Assembly: GCA_016282145.1 (NCBI GenBank)
Contig: JAEEJZ010000079.1
Span: forward strand, 7,327-71,326
Origin: Bacteroidales bacterium
GTDB lineage: Bacteria; Bacteroidota; Bacteroidia; Bacteroidales; UBA932
Length of the DNA stretch: 64,000 nt
Reading direction: 5' to 3'
Shown here: in pieces, positions 18,300-24,471 of the stretch
Position numbering within the stretch: the first letter of the stretch is position 1
Layout of the letters: each line of letters begins with the position of its first letter
Translations under genes and position numbers: made by a program
Notes under the pieces: generated by a model
Told to the model about the DNA's origin: nothing
The model's input: only the letters and a program-made list of their open reading frames with translations
Databases searched by the model: none

Positions 18300-20023
18300 T
18301 GATAATCAAACACCAGTGTAGCCGTAATGGGCCAGTGGTCAGAAATGTATTGTACACTGGAATAAGTACGGTAGTCCGTCCCGAACGTACCTGCCTTTAG
18401 GCCATGCTTGCTGTTTTCGTAACAGTAACGGTAAAAAATATGGTCGAGGTTGGAACGGTTGCCGCTGCAAGTACCGCTGCTGTAGATGGTGGAAAAGCCG
18501 GAACAGCTCGTATCGAAACCGTTATAACTCGTCGGGTAGGACGTCTTGCTGGTCTTGCCGTCCTGATTGCGGGCAAAATAGTAGTTGGACCATCGGCTGT
18601 CCCCTTTCTCCGGATTGCAGATGTCGGTCGCGGACTCATTGAGGTCTCCGGTCACGATCATCGGCAGGTGCTCGGAATTAATCGCTTCCAGCTGGTCATA
18701 CAGAACGACGGCCTCAGCAAGGCGGGCGGCATAGGCCTCATCCGTATAATGGGCCGTAAAGTGGGTATTGACGAAATAGAACACATAGCCGTTCTCCTTC
18801 CAGCGGAACTTGATCCACGAGCAGCAGTGACCGTCATCGGAACCCACTGACGAGGGATTGTTCGAAAGCCAGAAGGTTCCCTTGTCGATAATGTCGAACT
18901 TGCTCGTCTTGTAGAAGATGGCATTGGAGGAGTCTGTGTTATAATCTTTCTTGTTCCACCAGGAACCGCTGGAACCGCTGGATTCCTTACCATAATCTTC
19001 GCCCAGGCCGTAGGCCGCATAACCGGAAGTATTGTCAAGGATATTCACCCGCTGACGGTATTCGCACTCCTGGGTACCGATGATATCGGGACTCATCTCA
19101 TTGAAGAAGGCATAGATGCCCGGTTTGCGGACACTCCAGTAATGGCTGCTGTCCCAGCCGCTGTTGTCGTCATTCTTCTGACAGGCGACATTGAAGGACC
19201 AGACCGTCAGTTCCGGACGGGTGCTCAGGCTGGGCGGCGGCATCAATCCGGACAGGGTGGTAATCTGGGAACGGGTGATGGTAAAGGGCGTGCTCACCGA
19301 TTTGGTGGCATAGTTCCCGTTCTCCATATTGGCCCGGATAGTCATCCCGTCATACTCCCCTGCCGGCAGCACGAAGTAGAACTCCAGGGGCACCGTTTCG
19401 TCCAGTTCCAGATTCGGGGGACAGTTCATTGTCACCTTCCGGTTCTCCGCGGAACTGCCCGTCATGGTCAGGGTATTCCCCCCGCGGGCCACGTTTCCCG
19501 GTCCGCTGACGCTGGAAGCAAAAAGAAGTTCCAGGCTGCTCACGTCAATGGTTCCGGTCAGACGGAGCCGAAGTACGCCGCAGAGGTTCTTCATCGAGAA
19601 GGCGGAGATGTCATTGGAGGTGGCAGAAAGCATGGGATTGGAGCCGGGGGCGAAAGTCCCCTCGGTATATTCCACTTCAGCAGGCAGGGTAAAGGTGAAG
19701 GTACTCGCGCCGTTGTAGGTCGCGCTAGGCGGATAAACGGCAAAGAACGTGTCTCCGGCCGGAATCGGCCCATAGAAATTGCCGACGGAAGTGCCTTCCC
19801 CGCTGCTCAGGACAAATGTTTTGCCACTGGCGTCCGAGGTAGAGAACACCTTCATCTTGTCTCCGCGGCACCAAATGACGCTGTTTCCGTCAAGGGCTGT
19901 CTTGGAAGTCTCCTCTCCGTACACCGTAATCTCGGCATACTCCGCTACCTGGGCCTCCTCCTTGCTACAGGAAAAGAGCAGGGCAAGGAGAGCAGGCGCA
20001 AGGAATTTAACGCTAATTTTCAT
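18296..20023 (-). CDS. Surface lipoprotein: fimbrillin-like N-terminal module fused to a C-terminal EEP domain
   Basis: ORF 18296..20056. The ATG at 20023 gives MKISVKFLAPALLALLFSC-SKEE. The N-terminal module carries SKTALDGNSVIWCRGDKMKVF, the pattern seen in Bacteroidales fimbrillin-like lipoproteins. C-terminal EEP motifs are SFNVAC, GTQEC, NTHFT, TGDLNE, LDHIFY and SDHWPI. Confidence 0.8.
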   Translation of the reverse strand: MKISVKFLAPALLALLFSCSKEEAQVAEYAEITVYGEETSKTALDGNSVIWCRGDKMKVFSTSDASGKTFVLSSGEGTSVGNFYGPIPAGDTFFAVYPPSATYNGASTFTFTLPAEVEYTEGTFAPGSNPMLSATSNDISAFSMKNLCGVLRLRLTGTIDVSSLELLFASSVSGPGNVARGGNTLTMTGSSAENRKVTMNCPPNLELDETVPLEFYFVLPAGEYDGMTIRANMENGNYATKSVSTPFTITRSQITTLSGLMPPPSLSTRPELTVWSFNVACQKNDDNSGWDSSHYWSVRKPGIYAFFNEMSPDIIGTQECEYRQRVNILDNTSGYAAYGLGEDYGKESSGSSGSWWNKKDYNTDSSNAIFYKTSKFDIIDKGTFWLSNNPSSVGSDDGHCCSWIKFRWKENGYVFYFVNTHFTAHYTDEAYAARLAEAVVLYDQLEAINSEHLPMIVTGDLNESATDICNPEKGDSRWSNYYFARNQDGKTSKTSYPTSYNGFDTSCSGFSTIYSSGTCSGNRSNLDHIFYRYCYENSKHGLKAGTFGTDYRTYSSVQYISDHWPITATLVFDYQ

Positions 20024-20041
20024 CTTCTTGTGTTTTAAAAA

Positions 20042-20055
20042 TGTGTGCGCACACA
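20042..20055. promoter_or_regulatory. Perfect 14-bp palindrome TGTGTGCGCACACA; candidate LacI-family operator at the susCD-operon promoter
   Basis: Self-complementary with a central CG. The 18-mer AAATGTGTGCGCACACAC is identical at 20039..20056 and 23244..23261. It lies between the -7 box (20062..20069) and the ATG at 20023. Confidence 0.6.
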
Positions 20056-20061
20056 CAATTG

Positions 20062-20069
20062 CAAATATA
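20062..20069 (-). promoter_or_regulatory. -7-type promoter box TATATTTG (minus strand) for the EEP-susC-susD operon
   Basis: The plus strand reads CAAATATA. It sits 6 nt upstream (in the transcription sense) of the palindrome, so the expected start site falls in or next to the operator. Confidence 0.5.
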
Positions 20070-20119
20070 GAATATTTGCCTGAATTATCAAAATAATTTT
20101 AACGGGGTATTTTAACAAA

Positions 20120-20148
20120 CTCCCGGCAGGGATCGGACCTGCCGGGAG
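20120..20148 (-). terminator. Intrinsic terminator after the 947-aa GLUG gene
   Basis: Perfect 11-bp stem CTCCCGGCAGG / CCTGCCGGGAG with a 7-nt loop. On the minus strand it is followed by TTTGTTAAAAT. It sits 26 nt past the stop at 20174. Confidence 0.5.
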
Positions 20149-20173
20149 CCTGAAAAAAAGCGCTAAAACTTCC

Positions 20174-23017
20174 CTACTCGATGCCTGACACAGCCGGAGT
20201 GGACAGGACAAAGTTAAAGTCAACCTTGGAAGCGTCGCTGGTGCCGCTGGTAGCATCGTAAAGGGAACTTGAAGCTCCCATCAGCCACTTGCAGGCCTTC
20301 GCTGTCGTAGTGATTGTTTCGCTGCTGCCCGGCACATCCGCGAACTCAATGCGGCAATTGTTGACAATCAGAATCGGATTCGACGCGGTACCGAAGACCA
20401 ATTTATAAGAAGTACTGCTGGTACTGAAGGTCTTGCCGGCGATGAGCGCCGTCCAGTCGGAACAATTATCAGCATTCGTCTTGTTACTGATCGTACAAGC
20501 CACCACACAGTCCGTGACATTGTCGGTCACGTCACTGGTAGGAGCTTCAACACGGCCGAACAGACCAGCCATATAATAGTCTTTTTTCTGATAACTGGTC
20601 ACCGTAGAACTCGGCGTATTGCCGGAACCACCAGAATAGAAATTACCGCTGGTGATCAGGCCGGTACTCGTGCACCCACGCACCTCCGTGTCAGAGGGGT
20701 AGAATCTCGCAAGGATACCGCCTGTGATGGACGAGCCCGTCGTGTTATATGGACCAAGGTATCCGTTGTTCGTGCAGTTCAGCACCCTCGTGGGCTTATA
20801 GCTACTACTATAGCCTCCGCAGATGCCACCGATATAGGTTGTAAGATTGCCAGCCCAGGTGAAGATATATCCGTTGTTGGTGCAATTGAGTATGCTTCCC
20901 TTGGAGTTTCCGCAGATACCGCCTGCATTGAAGTCCTTCTTCACATTCTGCCCGGACGGGTCGCTTACCAAGCGGCCGTTGTTGATGCTGTATTCCACGG
21001 TACCGCTCGATGTCATATAGCCGACTATGCCACCGAACCAGGTCTCATGATCATGCTTTTTGTAGTGGAAAATTTCGCCGCTGTTGGTATTGGGGGTGCC
21101 ATCCTCCGCTTGGGTCAAAACCAGATTCGAAGAAGTCCCCGCACCCAGGATTCCTCCCATCGAAAGGTCGGAATTGACCACGGCATTGTCGTAAACCTTG
21201 CCTGTGTTCGAACAGCCCCGCACCGTACACTTATAGATGATAGTACCTATAACTCCTCCATAAGCCTGACGGTGATCGCTGACTGTTTCAGCTCCGAGAC
21301 AGATCTGGCCTTCGTTGAAACATTTGTCAATATAGTTGTTGGTGTTGTTGTTCTTACCGAACCTGCCGAGAACGCCACCGACGGCGACGGCCTTGTCCCA
21401 GTTGTTGGTCCCGCTCGTCACGGATGCCGCGGCGTTGGTGACGTTGGCGTGGTTGCTGCATTCCTCCATTCTGAAAGATTGGCAGGTAGCCTTGCCCATA
21501 ATGCCACCGATGCAGGAAACACCCACGCAGTTGTTGGTCACGACACCATAGTTCTCGCAGCCCGAAACGGTGAGCCCTTGGGAATCGTTCCAGCCCACAA
21601 CGCCACCCATCGCAGAATCCTGCGTGGTCGCGCAAGTCGAGTTGTCGGTAACGGGAGCCCGGTTGACGCAGTTCTCCAAAGTCACGTTCTCATTGGTCAT
21701 ACCGACGATTCCTCCAAACGCATGCTTGGTAGTAACGGCAGAGGATACGGAAACGGGAACGAAGTTCGTAACGTTCTGAATCGTGCTGTTACGGTGAGCA
21801 TAGCCCACAATACCCGCATACAGCCAAGCATCGGAGCTTGACTTTGTCATGGTTATAGAACTCGAGCCGTCGGCCGTGGTGCCGTTAGAAGAGCCAAAGA
21901 CAGTATTCTTAAGGACCGCCGCATATCCATTCGATGACCCGAGGGTACTGATGAACCCAAGCCTGTTACTGGAAGCATCCTCTACGGTGAAATTATAAAT
22001 CTTATGGTTCTGTCCATTGAAAATGCCTACAAATTCCGAAACCGGCGTCCAGGCATATCCGCCCAGATTGATATCCGCACCGAGTTTCACCTCATCGCCT
22101 TCACCATAAGCCCCGGCCTCTGCCAGGCGGCGCCACATCTTGAGCTGGGCGGCCGTCATAATGGTCGAAGGGCACCAGGTACTCTTATTGTCAATCTCAC
22201 CCAGGTTGGCACCGCCATTCCGTTCATAAGTCACGGACTCGGATGTATTCAGCATCGTCTTGCTGCCGTCTTCGAGGGTCAGGATCAATCTGTATCCGGC
22301 CGTGAATGCCTTAGGCCAGATAACCATAAAATAATCCCCGGCGGGGAAAGCCGCAGGATCCTCCCCGTCCTTGCAGACCAGAGTCACCTGTACTCCTTCA
22401 GCACTGGAATAATCCATCCGCGGAGCACCTTCCCCAGCGTAGATGAAATGGCTGGTACCGCAGATCACCTCGCTGTTGTTCCCCTTGAGTTGGACAGAGA
22501 CTACATCGCTGCGGGTCAGGGAAACCTTGACGACGGCGAACTGATTCTGGAAATAAAAGGAACCGGTACCGGAATCCTCCGCCGTAGAGACCAGGGCGTC
22601 GGAAGACACGCAACGGCCCAGCTGGACCGTCTGGGTTCCGGGAATCTTGACACCAATCCAGGATTCCGCCGGCTTATAATTATTGACGACCCCATAAGGC
22701 GCAACGGCTAAATAATTTGACACTTCCGCGGCAGAGCCGGAGAAAGACGCAGTCTGCTTGCCCTCGGAACCGGGGGCGATGTCAAATTGGTTTTTGGATG
22801 TTCCATCAAAGACGGCAATGGCGTCCCCGTCGTTCCAAACAAAAGAAGAGCCGCTGATATTGGCCTTGGAATCTTCCGCTGCGGCGGTAAAGGTCATAGG
22901 AACCTTAACCGTCTCACCCCCATCGATGGGGTCAGTATCCGGAGCAAGCTCCTTGTTACAGGAAAGGATGGCAAAGGAAGCAAGGCCCAGCGCAAGAATG
23001 GAAAAATACTTTTTCAT
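20174..23017 (-). CDS. Large surface lipoprotein: fimbrillin-like N-terminal module plus a GLUG-type repeat beta-helix
   Basis: ORF 20174..23068. The ATG at 23017 gives MKKYFSILALGLASFAILSC-NKE. The N-terminal module (DSKANISGSSFVWNDGDAIAVF) parallels that of the 18296..20023 protein. It is followed by FVGIFNGQNHKIYNF and about 10 repeats of C-x-N-x-G ... GG[IV]xG. Confidence 0.72.
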   Translation of the reverse strand: MKKYFSILALGLASFAILSCNKELAPDTDPIDGGETVKVPMTFTAAAEDSKANISGSSFVWNDGDAIAVFDGTSKNQFDIAPGSEGKQTASFSGSAAEVSNYLAVAPYGVVNNYKPAESWIGVKIPGTQTVQLGRCVSSDALVSTAEDSGTGSFYFQNQFAVVKVSLTRSDVVSVQLKGNNSEVICGTSHFIYAGEGAPRMDYSSAEGVQVTLVCKDGEDPAAFPAGDYFMVIWPKAFTAGYRLILTLEDGSKTMLNTSESVTYERNGGANLGEIDNKSTWCPSTIMTAAQLKMWRRLAEAGAYGEGDEVKLGADINLGGYAWTPVSEFVGIFNGQNHKIYNFTVEDASSNRLGFISTLGSSNGYAAVLKNTVFGSSNGTTADGSSSITMTKSSSDAWLYAGIVGYAHRNSTIQNVTNFVPVSVSSAVTTKHAFGGIVGMTNENVTLENCVNRAPVTDNSTCATTQDSAMGGVVGWNDSQGLTVSGCENYGVVTNNCVGVSCIGGIMGKATCQSFRMEECSNHANVTNAAASVTSGTNNWDKAVAVGGVLGRFGKNNNTNNYIDKCFNEGQICLGAETVSDHRQAYGGVIGTIIYKCTVRGCSNTGKVYDNAVVNSDLSMGGILGAGTSSNLVLTQAEDGTPNTNSGEIFHYKKHDHETWFGGIVGYMTSSGTVEYSINNGRLVSDPSGQNVKKDFNAGGICGNSKGSILNCTNNGYIFTWAGNLTTYIGGICGGYSSSYKPTRVLNCTNNGYLGPYNTTGSSITGGILARFYPSDTEVRGCTSTGLITSGNFYSGGSGNTPSSTVTSYQKKDYYMAGLFGRVEAPTSDVTDNVTDCVVACTISNKTNADNCSDWTALIAGKTFSTSSTSYKLVFGTASNPILIVNNCRIEFADVPGSSETITTTAKACKWLMGASSSLYDATSGTSDASKVDFNFVLSTPAVSGIE

Positions 23018-23246
23018 AGCTGTAATCTGGTTAAGGTTAATCTTCCGCATCCCATACGGGTGCACCATCTAAATCCGTCAGGTCCTCTCTGCCGGACCCG
23101 AAAGAATCGCACAAGACACGCTTGAACGATGCTTCAATTGGAAAAGCGTTCGGGGCGGAATACTTTCCCCTCTCACTGAGATGAAGTCTGATTTTATTCA
23201 TATAATATATATTAAGTTATTATCGTCGATTCCCTTTTTCCGTAAA

Positions 23247-23260
23247 TGTGTGCGCACACA
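23247..23260. promoter_or_regulatory. Second perfect copy of the palindrome TGTGTGCGCACACA; candidate LacI-family operator
   Basis: Identical 18-mer context to 20039..20056. It lies in the 308-nt gap between the lacI-like stop (23326) and the GLUG gene start (23017). Confidence 0.6.
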
Positions 23261-23325
23261 CTTATCCATATAATCTTGTCGCAATATTACGACATATTTT
23301 TTAAACCGCCAAATTTTTTGGATTT

Positions 23326-24393
23326 TCAGACCTCGTCGTGCCAGTAAGGCAGGCTCTCGCGAAAGACGATATCGATGGGAAGATACTCCCGTAAGGTCTT
23401 GTCCGGAGCACCGTAGAGAAGGAAATGCAGGATGGATTCCACGGAATAGAAGCCCTGCCTCTCCGGATGCTGGTTGATCAGGAAATCCAGGGTCCCCTCC
23501 TCCACGCAGCGGGCATTGCCCTCGGTCACGTCAAAACCGCCCACCACCAGGTTTCCCTTTCCGCCGGAAAGCGCATCGGAAATCAGATACCCTGCCGAGA
23601 TGACCACGGCTACGCCGCCGACGCCCGGATGCCCCGCCAGGAAAGCACGGATATCGGCATGGCTCTTGACCGGATTATCTATGGAGAAGTAGCCCTCCAC
23701 GACATCCCGGTTCCGCTTTCCTTCGCTGAAGAAGGACTTGAAAGACGCCATCCGGACAGCCGAGTTATTGGACATCTGCGTACCGATACGCCGGGGCAGG
23801 AGCAGGGCCAGTTTCCTTCCGGAGGGCGTGAGTCCGTCCATCAGGTGAGCAAGGAGCCGGCCGCAGGCCTCCTGGTCTGCAAGATAGGCGGCTACCGGAT
23901 GAGTCTCCGCCACTTTACCGTCCAGGAACACATAGGGAATCTCCCTGGAATCCAGCACGTTGCAGAGTTCCCGGGTCTCGTCCACAAAGGTGGTACCCAG
24001 GATGACGGCCGAGCAGCTCAGGGAAGCCACGGTATGGAAGGCATCCCGGCAGGAAAGGGAGTTAAACTGGTCGAAGAACACGAACTTGCTCTTGATGGAG
24101 ATGTCTCCATATTCCACAAAGGCTTTTTCCACACCCTTGCGCACCAGGTCCCAGTACTCGCCCTTCTCAGAAAAGGGAATCGCCACCACGATCTTGAACG
24201 ATTTCCGGGTCTTCTTGAAGGCCACAGCAGAAGTGTGCAGATTGTAATTGTAAGACTGTGATTCCAACACGGACTGGACAGCAGCCAGCGCCTCCGGAGA
24301 GACCTTTCCACGGTTGTGCAAGACACGGTCAACCGTCCCCGCCGACACGCCTGACAGGGCTGCAATCTGCTTTATGGTAAGTTGTCCGGGCAT
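23326..24393 (-). CDS. LacI/PurR-family transcriptional regulator
   Basis: This is the C-terminal part of the 885-aa read-through ORF 23326..25983. The ATG at 24393 gives MPGQLTIKQIAALSGVSAGTVDRVLHNRGKVS, the LacI helix-turn-helix, followed by a periplasmic-binding-fold sensor domain. The ATG at 24432 (MKKNPYIVRNFER...) is an alternative start. Confidence 0.88.
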   Translation of the reverse strand: MPGQLTIKQIAALSGVSAGTVDRVLHNRGKVSPEALAAVQSVLESQSYNYNLHTSAVAFKKTRKSFKIVVAIPFSEKGEYWDLVRKGVEKAFVEYGDISIKSKFVFFDQFNSLSCRDAFHTVASLSCSAVILGTTFVDETRELCNVLDSREIPYVFLDGKVAETHPVAAYLADQEACGRLLAHLMDGLTPSGRKLALLLPRRIGTQMSNNSAVRMASFKSFFSEGKRNRDVVEGYFSIDNPVKSHADIRAFLAGHPGVGGVAVVISAGYLISDALSGGKGNLVVGGFDVTEGNARCVEEGTLDFLINQHPERQGFYSVESILHFLLYGAPDKTLREYLPIDIVFRESLPYWHDEV

Positions 24394-24431
24394 ACGCTCA
24401 AAATTCCGCACAATATACGGATTTTTTTTCA

Positions 24432-24439
24432 TACCTTTG
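24432..24439 (+). promoter_or_regulatory. Candidate -7-type box TACCTTTG for ftsA-ftsZ
   Basis: Matches TAnnTTTG, 32 nt upstream of the ftsA ATG (24472) and preceded by a T8 tract. It overlaps the alternative lacI start codon on the other strand. Confidence 0.4.
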
Positions 24440-24471
24440 TTAGCTGTCCACGGACTATTTTCACTAACTAT

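Noticed and set aside
24422-24429. A T8 homopolymer (and similar A8/T8 runs at about 5908..5915, 39910..39918 and 43329..43336) as possible phase-variable switches.
   Set aside because: All of them lie in AT-rich promoter-proximal spacers, where such runs are common in Bacteroidota. There is no evidence of variability in a single sequence. The T8 would lie inside lacI coding sequence only if the less likely upstream start (24432) is used.
6628-24432. The possibility that the island between ftsQ and ftsA is a mobile element (ICE, transposon or prophage).
   Set aside because: I found no integrase, transposase, relaxase or phage genes. There is no flanking tRNA, and I found no direct or inverted terminal repeats by eye. 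The edges overlap or abut the flanking genes. It looks like fixed chromosomal content. A systematic repeat search was not possible here.
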